64,000 nucleotides of DNA. Origin: Torpedo marmorata (lineage: Eukaryota). Position 1 is the stretch's first letter. Each line of letters starts with the position of its first letter. The translations under genes were made by a program, and so were the position numbers. The notes beneath the pieces were generated by a model. It saw nothing but the letters and a program-made list of their open reading frames with translations, ran no database searches and was not told the origin of the DNA. Below, piece by piece: positions 37,667 through 50,800 of this stretch. The DNA lies in assembly GCA_977017645.1 (NCBI GenBank), contig OZ360219.1:48794001-48858000 (forward strand). Reading direction: 5' to 3'.

Positions 37667-39970
37667 TCATAGGTTCAGCCGCTCCGGCGGTTTTCTTTCG
37701 CGCTGAGATCTCCGAAGTACTGGCTGTATCTTCGGATCAAGCTGAGCGGTGTCGTGTTCGACCTGCTGGCTGTCGGTGGGCTGACCTGTTTCTGTGTGTC
37801 CCGGGTCCGAAGGGGGTGGTGAATTTATTGGTAAGAGTGGGGGGGAACACACAAGTGAAGGGGGACACTCGGGGGGCCGTCTTGGGGGTGGGATCCCTAT
37901 TTCATTTGTCAGGGTGATCCCTGGCGCCGACTGGTCGCTGCCTGGGGATATCGGGTGCACCTCCCTTGCCGGGGTCCCTGCTCGCGCCAGATCCCGGATG
38001 GACACTGTATCGTCCCGTCCGTCCGGGTACCTTACCAGTGCATACTGGGGGTTGGCATGCAAGAGATGCACATCCTCGACCAGTGGGTCCACCTTATGAG
38101 TCCTAACGTGCTTCCGAAGAAGCACCGGCCCTGGGGTCGTCAGCCAGACTGGCAGCGTGGTTCCCGACGCCGATCTCCTCAGGAAGGAGAACAATTTTTC
38201 ATGAGGTGTAGCATTGGTGGCCGTGCAGAGTAGGGACCTGGTAGCATGCAGCGCATCTGGGAGGACCTCTTGCCACTGGGATACAGGCATCACTTTCGAC
38301 TTGAGGGCCAAAAGGACTGCCCTCCAGATCGTACCATTCTCCTTTTCCACCTGCCCGTTCCCGCGGGGGTTGTAGCTGGTGGTTCTGCTCGAAGCTATGC
38401 CCCTTGAAAGGAAGTATTGCCGCAACTCCTCACTCATGAAAGCAGATCCTCGGTCACTATGAACGTAACTAGGGTATCCGAACAGAGTGAATACTGAGCG
38501 GAGTGCTTTAATGATCGTGGATGTGGTCATATCAGGGCAGGGGATGGCAAATGGGAAATGTGAGTACTCGTCCACGATGTTCAGGAAGTAGGAGTTCCGA
38601 TTCGTGGACAGGAGGGGCCCCTTGAAGTCAATGCTGAGACGTTCGAAAGGGCGAGTGGCTTTGATCAGTTGGGCTCTATCCGGTCTATAAAATTGAGGCT
38701 TGCATTCGGCTCAGACCTGGCAATTGCGAGTCAGCTCCCTGACTTCCTCCACTGAGTAGGGAAGGTTCCGGGCCCTCACAAAATGGTAGTGCCTAGTGAC
38801 CCCGGGATGGCAGAGGCTATTGTGGAAGGCCTGGAGGCGATCAACTTGCACCCTGGCGCAGGTTCCCCTGGACAGGGCATCGGGTGGCTCATTGAGCTTA
38901 CCCGGCCGGTACCATATTTCATAATTGTTGGTGGACAGCTCAATTCTCCACTTCATGATTTTGTCTTTTTTTATTTTACCCCGCTGCTTATTGTTAAACA
39001 TGAACGCAACGGCTCTCTGGTCCGTCAGCAGGGTGAATGGTCTGCCGGCCAAGTAGTGCCTCCAGTGACGCACTGCCTCCACTTTAGCCTTTGCCTCCTT
39101 CTCGATGGCGGAGTGCCTGCGTTCGGGGCCTTGGAGGGTATGGGAAAAAAATGCGACCGGCCTGCCTGCTTGGTTCAGCATGGTGGCCAGGGCGAAGTCA
39201 GAGGCATCACTTTCTACTTGGAAAGAGACGGATTCATCAATGGCGTGCATTCCCGTCTTGGCAATCTCGCCTCTGATGCCCTCGAAAGCCTTACGGGCCT
39301 CCGCCGATGGGGGAAAAGTAGTGGTTCTCACTAGAGGTTGGGCCTTGTCCGCATAGTTAGGGATCCACTGGGCATAATTGAAGAGCCCCAAGCACCTTTT
39401 TAAAGCCTTGGGGTTCTGTGGCAAGGGTAATTCCAGTAGGGGGCGCATACGCTCGGGGTCGGGGGCGATAGCCCCATGCTCCACCATGTACCCCAGGATT
39501 GCCAGCCTTTTGGTGCTAATGACACACTTTTTCTCATTATACGTGAGATTGAGTACCTTTGCGGTGGCCAAGAACCTCTGCAGGTTCTCGTCGTGTTCCT
39601 TTTGGTCATGGCCGCAGATGGTGACATTGTCCAAGTATGGAAACGTCGCCTTCAGCTTATTGTCATCCACCATGCGGTCCATTTCCCTTTGGAACACTGA
39701 CACCCCATTCGTGAGACCGAATGGGACCCGCAGGAAATGGTAGAGTCGGCCGTTGGCCTCAAATGCTGTGTACAGCCGGTCTTTTCGGCGAATCGGGATC
39801 TGGTGGTACGCCGCTTTTAGGTCTATGGTCGAAAAGACCCTGTACTTGGCGATCTCATTTACCATCTCTGATATGCAGGGCAAAGGGTAGGCGTCCAGTA
39901 AGGTGAACCGGTTGATGGTGTGACTGTAGTCAATGACCATCCGATGTTTCTCCCCGCTCTTCACCACCAC
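37667..39970 (-). pseudogene. Gypsy pol (RT, RNase H, integrase) with an in-frame nonsense codon
   Basis: IDLKAAYHQIPI, PFGLTNG, YLDN, ESDASD and HNSLCHPG. TGA at 38713-38711 replaces the last Cys of HHCC (CQV*). Integrase core HSDRGSAF...NGQVEKEN. Confidence 0.92.
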
Positions 39971-40136
39971 CAGGGACTATTGCTTGGCTCTATAATGCCC
40001 TCCTCCCGCAGTCGCTCCACCTCCATTTTAATGAATTTTCTGTCCCCGGGGCTGTATTGCGTGCTCTTAGTAGCAATGGGTTTACAGTCCGGGGTGAGGG
40101 TTTGGAACAGCGGGGGTGGAGGGACCCGGAGGGTGA

Positions 40137-41597
40137 TTAGTGCGCAGGTCGGGTACCCAGCCCGGCTTTCAATCGTGTGATTGGGCCTCCTCTGGAGAAT
40201 GGGCGGTACTGGTTATTAGTGATGGTGAGTGGGGGGTGGGGCCCGTTACACTGCATCAGCAACCCTTTAAACTGGCACTGGAAATCTAGCCCCAATATGA
40301 CTGGTGCGCAGAGGTGGGGCATTACCAGTAGTTTAAAATTCTTATAATTGGTGCCCCCCACAGTTAGGGTCACAGTGCAGCTTCCACGGATTTCCATGGA
40401 GAGGGATTTGGAGGCTAGTGCTACCTTTCCTTTGGCTGGGGACACGGTCAGGGAATAACGCTCGGCAATGCCCGGGTGTATGAAGCTCTCAGTGCTTCCC
40501 GTGTCGAACAGGCAGCCAGTGGAGTGACCGTTTACCTCAACATCCATCATCGATCGCCCCAGCTGGTGTGGTCTCCCTTGGTCCAGCACGATGGACGCCA
40601 GCGTCAGCTCACTGTCCGAGTCGCTGCTGCTATTTCGGGACGGCTGCCGCCAAGATGGCCCCCCGGGAGATCGTGAAGATGGCTGCACCCATGGATCGCA
40701 CGCGGTCGAGACCGGAGAAGAAGCCGGAAGTGACGTCAGTCCTCTTTGTTGCGCCCCTGTTCCGGAAGCTCGGTTTTCGTCAACCGGAAATGACGGCGGA
40801 AGTGGGTGGGTCCAAGATGGCGAGGAGAGTCGCGGTCCGCACGCGGCACTGCTGGAGTGGGGCTTGGAGCGACATACCCTGGCATAGTGTCCTTTCCTCT
40901 GGCAGTTTGAACAGGTCGCGCTACGGGCCGGACAGTACTTCCGAGGGTGTCTACTTTGGCCGCAGTAGTTGCACCTCGCGTGGTCGGCGGTGGCCGCTGC
41001 AGTCAGGGGCCCCGAGTCCCAAGATGGCGCCGCCCGTTCTCCCCACCTGGTGGCCGCGTGGCCCACTGAGTAGGCCTCCGCGTTCTTTTGGGCCGTCTCC
41101 ATCGCTCGCGCCATCTGCACCACTACCTGGAGGGACTGATCTCCTTCCTCCAGGAGTCGCTCCCTTATGTGTTGGGAGCAGAAGCCCGCGACGAGCCCAT
41201 CGCGGATGAGCTCCTCCTGGTAGAGCGCCGCACTTCCGTCTCGGCACCCGCAGGCTCGCCCCAGCTCCCGCATGGCCCTCACGAACTCGTCTACCGACTC
41301 ACCGGGACCATGGCGTCGGGAGCCCAGCTGGAAGCGTGCGTACATGGCGTTCGCTGGGGTTCCGTATTGTTGTCGAAGTAGAGTCATTGCCTCTTCATAT
41401 TCGGTGCAGTCTCGGATAATTTGGTACGCTCTGTGGCCCACCGCTGCGAAGAGAAGATCGTACTTATCCCGGTTGGTTGTGATATCGTGGCGCCTCAGGT
41501 AGGCCTTCAAACAGTATAGCCACATATTGAACTTTACGGAGGCCTCTGGTTCCTTCGGATCAATCTCCAGCTTCTCCAGTCTAATTGCCTTCTCCAT
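40137..41597 (-). pseudogene. Gypsy gag-protease ORF, ending at a frameshift before RT
   Basis: Two CCHC knuckles (CNYCGQSRHPRKYC, CSNCQRKGHYARVC) and aspartic protease motif LFDTGS. Confidence 0.92.
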
Positions 41598-41624
41598 GGC
41601 ACTTTAAAACTCTGATCAATAAAT

Positions 41625-41858
41625 TGTAGCGCGATCAATGACCACTCACAGACACGAAGAAAGTGATCAAAGGCTTTATTGATCAGGAAGTTCGAGCATG
41701 CCTCTACATGCTACTGGATCACGTCCAAGGCAGGTATAGGGGAGGAGACTAGGGCTCTCAGCCTTTATTAGGGGATGTAATGGGGAGGGGCTGCATGTTA
41801 GCCCGGTGAGCCAGTGAGGACATGCCCAGACATGCCCACAGTACTGCGTTCCACCACA
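41625..41858 (-). repeat. 5' LTR (234 bp)
   Basis: Roughly 90% identical to the 3' LTR by eye, plus a 10-bp indel. The gag ATG lies 27 nt downstream. Confidence 0.95.
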
Positions 41859-42760
41859 GACTCTTTTTGCAATTCTGAGGTTTTGCTACATTATTCTGGC
41901 AGCCATGACATCTGTTTTACCTATCTCTAATGTGGTTAACAAAACACAGATGTGAGATGATCTTTTCCCCCACAACTGAAGAGTGTGATGGTGCTGTCAG
42001 CATTGTTTTCGCTCATTCTTTATATGAGCTGGCAAGCAGATATAATGAAATAGATTAATACCATGTGGCACATAAGCTGAACACCACAGGCCAGAATTTT
42101 TTATCAAGAAGCACATGTTTTTTAATGGGTTGTGCGATAGGCTTGAAGTGTAAAATTGATCACGAGCTGCAATTGGCACTTCTGCCCTACCGTGGTCCTC
42201 CTTGCATGTCATGTGCTTTTGCAATGGGCATGCAGCAGTGACAACAACCAAAATGCAAAGAATTTAAGTGCCTGTACACACTGAACAAATTCAGGGACTA
42301 ACAAGGGGATTAAAGCCAGTTCTATCATGAGTTAAAGGCAAGTCCTTGTGTGATCTACTGAAGACAATAGAAGCTTTTGCCCTTGACCAGATTTCTCCAA
42401 CATTGCCAGTAAGGAATTCTGCTTTCTTTGAGGCAGATGGAGTCCCAATTATTCTGATGAATTCCCCCTGGGTATCCACCTTAGATGCCTCGGTAATTGA
42501 TTGCTGGATGGTGGTTGCTGCCTGCTTGAATCTCCATCCTGCCACCCTTAGTGAAAAATTTGCTGAATCAGACCCAATAATTAAAGTTCCAGTTTCCAAT
42601 GAGAACTACTGCTAATGGAGCGCTTGCCATAGAACAAGTCAGACTTACGTTTGCTTTTCTTGCATAGAAATTATGTCCATGCAAGGTTTGTGAAGTGTAA
42701 TTGCATGATTTCTGCTACCCAGAAGGTAGAATTTTTAAGAGCTGTTTGCTATGACTTTAC

Positions 42761-42842
42761 CTTTTTGGGTCCAGCAATTTGTAGAGCTTTCCACTGTGCA
42801 TTTGTGTCACACTTTTACTGCTTGCCAAAATATAGATCTCAC
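42761..42842 (-). CDS. HHIP: HHIP-like exon (end of beta-propeller)
   Basis: tttgttgtttgcag|GT GAG...AAA AG|gtaaag; 82 nt; encodes (G)EIYILASSKSVTQMHSGKLYKLLDPK(R). Confidence 0.95.
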
Positions 42843-44085
42843 CTGCAAACAACAAATTGAAAAGCATTCAATTATTGGTCCTGTGCAGCCTGGTTTTATT
42901 ATTTATTGATGCATAATTTTTGCTACTTTTTTTAAATGGCTACAAATCAACCAAATTCAATCAAATTAAAATCTGCTTTAAATATATTTACTTTATTTTA
43001 ACAGCATTTATGTGTGATATATTCAACAAAAGGGAGGAGTGTAAACAGTAATAACTGGATTTTTTTTGTAAAAAGGAAAAGATTAAAGAGAAAGCAAACA
43101 TTGTGTTATGTCCTGATACAGAAATCCTCTATTAATAAATATGATTCTGACCGGAGTCTGAAAATCTGTTCTTTGAAATATATGGGTCAACATAAAAAAA
43201 ACATTCAATGCCGAAATACTATTTGTTAAATAGAAGCTGGCATGCTCATAATTATTCAGTGAAGTCATCGTGCTGAAGACCACATTCACAGCTGCTTCAA
43301 TTGGACTAATCTGTGAAATCAAAACGTAGTGGCCAATTATTTTCAGCAGATACATATGTGATGATTCACCACCTCATAAAACTTGTAAAAACTTGCCAAC
43401 CACTGTCATGGCCCATTAATACTTGATCTTGTTCCAAAATAGAAATATTGCAATATGATCTCACCGTACTTTCACAAAATATGTTCAGACTGATGAAGGA
43501 TGAAAAATACAATAATCACAACCCATAAAAACAAACTTGCAATGCATGAACAACATATTGTAAGGATGATCTTGTTCTACTTTGTAGAATTGTGACACAT
43601 CATGGCCATATTCGGTTTCACCTGTCTCAAAGCAACCCCCTTATCTGAGATGAATTGATTTTGCATTGATGAAATTAGATTGCTCAGCCTCTACATTCAC
43701 AACAGATAGTCATGGTGAATGGTTGAAGCTTTGTTTGTACCCTTTGCAAATCTGAAATAGCAGAGCACATCTAGTACAGGAAATTGGAAGGCAAGTTGTC
43801 TTCTCAAGCTATATTTTAACAGATATGTTTAATACATGATTATATGTCAAAATCTCGCTATTTCGGTCACTTTTTTCTGTCTGGCTGTTGGATTATGATG
43901 CAGAACTTTAAGGGTATCATACTGCTTGGACCTAGAATTATGGAGAGCATTTTCATTTAATGTGCAAGTGTGTGCAAGAAGTAATATAATCCAGAAATTC
44001 TGTTTATTTGATTGTTTGCTTTCAGTAACTGAGAACAGATATTTTCACAGTAGCAATTGTTACAAAGATTAGGTTGATTCATTAC

Positions 44086-44228
44086 CGAACTCATCTTCTC
44101 CAAATCCCAAAACCATTCCTGAGATCTGACCACTAAGAGAATTTTTGCACGTGGTGCTACTGCCAAGACACAAAGTTCGTTCTTGCCACTGTTTGTTCAA
44201 AGGGTTTTGTTGAAGGCTCATCAGTTGC
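44086..44228 (-). CDS. HHIP: HHIP-like exon (beta-propeller)
   Basis: atgatttcag|G CAA...TTC G|gtaatg; 143 nt; encodes (G)QLMSLQQNPLNKQWQERTLCLGSSTTCKNSLSGQISGMVLGFGEDEF(G). Confidence 0.95.
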
Positions 44229-45499
44229 CTGAAATCATATGCAAAAAAGATGGATCATTATAAGTAAACTCTGCAAATAGTTTGATGTACAGCCCCTCTC
44301 AATCTTACATTGATTTTTGAGATGAGCCAAAAGATTTTCTAAGTCATTGTTAAACTTTTACTCTTTGGCATAAGGAAATTTATGTGATGCTGAATCATTC
44401 TATTGCACTGCAGTCATACCAGCTAGGAATTAAACTTAATCACAACTGTGACAAATAGATTATGTTAAACACTACAATAATAAAATTGAAGTAAAACCCA
44501 ATCCAATTCCAAAGACTCGTGACAACAACGAAAGCATGAAACACAAATAAGAATCCTTATAAGTCTGCTTACATTACAACATAGTGCTAATTCATCTCTG
44601 CAATTGGGTATTAATTTACCTGCCACCTCTTTCAGCTGTGTTTACACTTTGGTTTGATTCTATACACTAATGTACATCTGAGATGACATCCCCTGAAAAT
44701 TAAATCATGAATTCCTATAGTAATTACAAAATGCATTGGAAAATGTATATTTAATTGCAAGAATAAACACAATAATTTGAATCACATGTATTTAATTGTA
44801 TCCAACATTTTACTAGTGCACTGCAACTATTAAAGACCATTACAATCATTTTTTGTTTAATTGCCAACTGCATCAGAACACGGTTGCAGAACTGCTAAAT
44901 ATCATGAAAACGTTTATGCCAATTTCAGTTCCACAGGTGTTCTCACCTACACAGTGCTGGGTTGAAGCCATCCAAAAGCCTGCTCTTGGGTGGTAAGTTT
45001 TTTGAATACATTCAGAGCAGTTTTTATAATTCCTTGGTGTTTATATTGGCAACATTAGATAGTTATGAGATCAATACCACAATTATACTGGCACAAAGTT
45101 GTGAGTATAAACAAAGACGCCCAGATCCTTTGAATAACTGCTACAACTTGAAGAACAGATGCTTAGAAAACTGAGTAGTTGTGAAAGCAAAAAGCATGAC
45201 ATTTCCACCCAAATAACCCAAAAGATGAACAATGGAACAGTAAGCAAACATTATTTTATCCAATGGACTCTAACTGAGAAAAAATTCTACATCTGGACCA
45301 AGTGTAACTGCACTCCATAAGTGTTACCAACAAGGTTGGAGTTATTGATGGAGAGTTGAATCATTCGGGTAATTTTCACTTCCTCCACTTGGCGAGAATC
45401 CAGTGGAGAAAACAGTTGAAAAACCTGCCCAGATTTCACTCAATTGATTTCAATGAAATAAAAATTGGATGGACATTGAAATGTCTAAGCATCACATTC

Positions 45500-46172
45500 C
45501 ATTGTGGACTTCAGGAGGGGAAAATCAGGAGAACACGAACCAGTCCTCATTAAAGGGTTAAGAACTTCAAATTCCTGGGTGTAAACATCTCTGAAGATCT
45601 ATCCTGGGGCCTCCATATCAATGCAATCACGAAGAAGTTGCGCCAGCGGCTATACTTCGTGAGGAGTTTGAGGAGATTTGGTATATCACCAAAGTCTTGC
45701 AAATTTCTACAGGTGTACCGTGGATCATTCTGACTGGTTGCACCACTGTCTGGTATGGAGGTGCCAATGAACAGGACAGGAAAAGACTACAGAGAGTTGT
45801 GAAGTCGGCCAGTATCATCATGGACATCAGTCTTCACTCCATTGAGCACATCTACAAGAGGCGGTGTCTTAAGAAAGCAGCCTCTATCTTCAAGAACCCT
45901 CACCACCTAGGCCATGCCCTCTTCTCACTGCTACCATCAGGAAGGAGGTACAGGAGCCTGAAGACGAACACCCAATGGTACAAAAACAGCTTCTTCCCTT
46001 TTGCCATCAGATTTCTGAATGGACAATGAACCACAGACACTACCTCACTTTCTCTTCTTTTGCACTAATTTATTTATTTCTAAATGTGATTTATAGCAAT
46101 ATTTGCACCTGTAATGCTGCTGCAAAACTACGAATTTTGTGACATGTTCATAACAATAAATTCCGATTCTGA
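45500..46172 (+). mobile_element. Rex1/Babar LINE 3' fragment
   Basis: ILTGCTTVWYG...LLPSGRRYRSLKT...SFFPFAIRFLN; tail aataaattccgattctga. Confidence 0.88.
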
Positions 46173-47899
46173 AGTTGGGATTTATACAATACACAAAATA
46201 GGCACTTTTATCTTGGGAACCTCAAATTATCCTCTCCCAAGTCATTGCTCAAAGGCAGTTTCCAATCTGGAGCAGTTTCTTTGCAATTATGCTGCAACCT
46301 AAAAATGTCCATGAGTTGTGGACTGGCAGTAATACAGCAAATACAATAAAACATTATGCTAAAATAATGCTAAACAATATAGTCTCAAAGATAGGTAAAA
46401 TGTATGTCACCATATATTGGATGTGCCAGATTTTTCTTCTGCAGGAAGCACACATACAAGTGTTTCATCATGAAGGTAACATCTTATTAATGTTATTTAT
46501 TTTATTCCCACTGTGCAATTGTGAGCTCGATTTAAAATTCACTGTTGCTACTTTGCTTTCCAAGAGGTGTAAAGTAAGATTGTGAAAGGAACACTGCAAC
46601 TACTACCTCACAAAGTAAATGCCCCCTCACGATCTCTCATGAGCTTGGAGAAGCAGGAATACCCCCCCTTGTGTTTAGTTGTTCATGTCCTGATTGCTGA
46701 CCTTTTTCTTCTCTTAAATCAATGGCTCCTCATTTCATTCATCCCTGATCATGAACTTTTCTCTTTCCTTATCTTAATGTCAATTACCAGATTCATTTCC
46801 AAAGGTTCTTCCTACAGTCTCTGTTTCTTTTCAACCCTCCTTGCTTCTATCAGACTCTCAATTTGGTCAGGAAATGGAAAAAGCAAATGATCTTCAGGTC
46901 CTGCAAGTGAGAAGTTCTGTGGCCCTGGGCTTGTTGCATTAACAATTTAGAGTAAAACACGCTGTTTTAAGTTAAAATATGCTGTTTGACCTGCTGAGTT
47001 TTTCCAGCATTGTGCTTTTACTTTTTTGCATTAATAATTCCCCAGCTTGGATCAAAATGTTTGGAATACCATTCATCCACCATCTTGTTATTCTACCATC
47101 ATGACCAACAGCAAGACAGACACAAGCTTATGGAGGGCACTGAGACTGTAAGAGAAAACACGGACACAAATATTGTCAAGAAACTATATTCTTCATTGTG
47201 TTGGCTTTACGAGAGAGTAATTTTCTGCTGTGAGATGATATCTTATCTGCCATGAAAGCAGATAACAGCAACTTTGCAAAGCTCATTTCACAAACAACCG
47301 GAGACTAGTGTCTAAATTGGGAGAACTGTCACGCAGATTAGTCAGGCAATAGCTTTTCATAACCGTGCTCACAGAATCATATCCCATGATGTACAGGACT
47401 CCCTTGTTGCAATCCTTAGGCATGTCTGTCCCACCAGCAAGGGGCAGCCTAGATAGGAGAGAGTGGTCTTGAGAGTCCTCAACCCAACCAAGTAACCTGG
47501 TATCAAGTCAAATATGGGCGAAGAAACCTCCGCCAGATTACCACCTATTGGTCTTCCTCTGCTGCTGAATCAATGTTCTTCAGCAACACCTGGAAGGAGT
47601 GCTGAATGGGACACTTCAATGTCTGCCAATGAGAATAGCTAAAAACAGCACTGATCAAGTTTGTTGAATCCTGAAAGCCAAGATATCAGCAAGCTTTGCT
47701 GGATAAAAGTACTTGATCTCATTCTCATCAATTTACCTGTTGCAGATGCATCTGTCCAAGAAGCTTCAGTAAGATCACCACTGCAGAGATCTTAGGGAAA
47801 CCCCCAGATTGTGTTTTATGGCACAAGCATTGTGCTAAATGGGATAGACAGAGCAAAGCTGGCAACTCAAAACTGGTCATTGATGAAGCTCTGTGGACC

Positions 47900-50800
47900 T
47901 TTAACAGCAGAAAAACATCACCACAATCTGTAGTCTCATTACCCAGCAATCAGGGCATGAACAAGTAAACACAATATAATGAAGCCAGAGGTTCAACACT
48001 GGTAAAATGATGTTATAAAGGGCATGCTGGGCATGTCTAAATCTGAGGTGGCAACCTAGCAAAGCCCAACTGAGGATGACTGTGCACTAAACAGCAAAGA
48101 ATAGCCTGCAAGTAGACAGAGTTAAGTGATCCCACAATCAATAAATGAAATCAAAACTCTGTAATCATGCCACATTAGTTGTGACTACTGGTGGGTGGTG
48201 GGGGAAAAGAAAAGTCTGAGAACATAGCCATCCTCAACAATTGCAGGACCAGGAATGTGAGTGTCAAAAACAAGGCTGAAGTAGGCACAACTATGTTTAG
48301 CCAGGATTACTAAATGCGTGTTATATTGCAGGTTCTTTCTGCAGTCCACACCATCATAGAAACCAATCTGATTCACTCCACACAACACGAAGAGAAGGCC
48401 AAGTACAAAAGGTATGTAAGCGTACACACATTCCAGCCAATCTGTTGCAGTACATTGACAACACTGCCAATGAGGAAAATTGTCCAAGTATGACCAGTGC
48501 ACTGGACAAATGCAATCCAGCTAATTATTGTCCCAGTTCCATGAGTCTAACCTCAATCGTCAGTAAAGGAATGGAAGTTGTCATCAACAATGCCCAATTT
48601 GGGCTTTGCTAGGACCATACCTTCAGATCTTCATCAAGACCTGCGTGGATGAGTGTGTGCCCACGCGCAAATACCGGGTGTTCCCCAAACAGAAGCCCTG
48701 GATGAATCAGAGAATTCGCAACCTGCTGAGGACGAGAACAAGGGCGTTTAAGGCCGGGGACCGGGATCTTTACAAAAAGTCCAGGCACGACCTGCGGAAG
48801 GCCATCTCTGAAGCAAAGTGGCAATTCCGGAGGAAGCTAGAGACAGAGACACATACACGCCAGCTATGGCAGGGAGTGCAGGCCATTACAGCCTACAAAG
48901 CGAGGGTGAACACTATAGACAGCTGTGATGCTTCACTACCCGATGAGCTGAACACCTTCTATGTCCGCTTTGAGAAGAAGAACAAAACAGTGCCTAATAG
49001 AATCCCTGAAAAGGCTGAGGACCCTGTGATATCTGTCTCTGAGGGCGACGTCAGAACATCATTCAAGAGGGTGAACCCTCGCAAGGCGTCAGGTCCTGAT
49101 GGCGTACCTGGCAGGGTATTGAAAATCTGCGCCAACCAACTAGCCGGAGTGTTCACGGACATTTTCAACCTCTCATTGCGGCAGTCGAGAGGTTCCCACC
49201 TGCTTCAAAAGGGCATCAATCATCCCAGTACCCAAGAAGAGTAGTGTGAGCTGCCTCAACAACTACCGCCCAGTAGCACTAACTTCTACTGTGATGAAAT
49301 GCTTTGAGAGGCTGGTCATGGCCAGAATTAACACATACCTAAGCAAAGATCTGGACCCACTGCAATTCGCCTACCGCCACAATCGCTCCACAGCAGATGC
49401 AATATCGCTGGCTCTCCACTCAGCTCTGGATCACCTCGAAAACAGCAATTCATACATACGGTTGCTCTTCATCGACTACAGCTCGGCCTTCAATACCATT
49501 ATTCCCTCAGTGCTGGTCAAGAAGCTACAAACTCTAGGCCTCTGTACCCCCCTCTGCAACTGGATCCTTGACTTTCTCATTGGAAGACCACAGTCAGTAC
49601 GAATTGGAAACAACGTCTCCTCCTCACTGATTATCAACACAGGCGCACCCCATGGATGCGTGCTTAGTCCACTGCTCTACTCGTTATACACTCCTGACTG
49701 TGTGGCCAGGCACAATTCCAATGCCATATACAAGTTTGCCGATGACACCACAGTTGTCGGCAGAATCACAAACGGCAATGAGGAAGCGTACAGGAGGGAG
49801 ATAGATCAGCTCGTTGAATGGTGTAATGACAACAACCTTGAGCTCAACGTCAGCAAAACCAATGAGATGATTGTGGACTTCAGGAGGAAGTCAGGGGAAC
49901 ACGACCCAGTCCTCATCGAGGGCTCAGTTGTGGAGAGGGTCAAGAACTTCAAATTCCTGGGTGTCAACATCTCCGAGGATCTGTCCTGGAGCATCCACAT
50001 GGATGCAATCACAAAGAAGGCTCGTCAGCGACTATACTTTGTGAGGTGTTTGCGGAGATTCGGTATGTCACCAAAGACTCTCGTAAACTTCTACAGGTGT
50101 ACCGTGGAGAGCATTCTGGCTGGTTGCATCACTGCCTGGTATGGTGGCGCCAACTCCCAGGACAAGAGTAAACACCAGAAGGTTGTTAACTCGGCCTGTG
50201 ACATCACAGGCACCAAACTTCACTCCATCGAGGACATCTACATGAGGCGGTGTCTTAAAAAAGCAGCCTCTATCCTCAAGGACCCCCACCACCCAGGCCA
50301 TGCCCTCTTCACTCTGCTTCCATCGGGAAAAAGGTACAGGAGCCTAAAGACGAGCACTCAACGGCACAAGGACAGCTTCTTCCCCGCTGCCATCAGATTC
50401 CTGAATAATCAATGAACCAAAGACATTGCCTTACTTTTCGTGCACTATTGTTTATAATTTTGTTATAGTAATGTCGTTAGATGGTTAATATGAATGTTAA
50501 TTGCACTATGATGCTGCCGCAAAACACCGAATTTCATGACTTGTTCATGACAATAAATTCTGATTCTGATTCTGAGATCTCAGCAGAAATTTAGTTCAGA
50601 CATGGAACAAAGAACTGGGTTGAATAAGTGAGATGAGAGTGACAACTCACCGATGCAGTGTGGAATGAAGGAGACTTAATAAAATTGGTCCGTGGTTTCA
50701 AGAGGAAAACACTTCAGTGACTGAAGTTGTACCACCACCCTGCCATTCAATTCCCCACCACTGGTGCATCAGCAGTGAGGGCCGTCTATGTATACAGTCG

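Larger units (their letters stand above)
37355..41858 (-). mobile_element. Full-length Ty3/Gypsy LTR retrotransposon (defective)
   Basis: LTRs 37355-37598 and 41625-41858, both TG...CA. TSD gcctc / gactc. PPT at 37599-37616. Domain order gag-PR-RT-RH-IN. Confidence 0.97.

Noticed and set aside
37794-41502. Numerous plus-strand ORFs over the Gypsy element
   Set aside because: They are antisense shadows of GC-rich gag/pol coding sequence.
42291-42615. Overlapping ORFs on both strands next to an HHIP exon
   Set aside because: No domain similarity or convincing splice sites. It could be a conserved non-coding element, but that cannot be judged without alignments.
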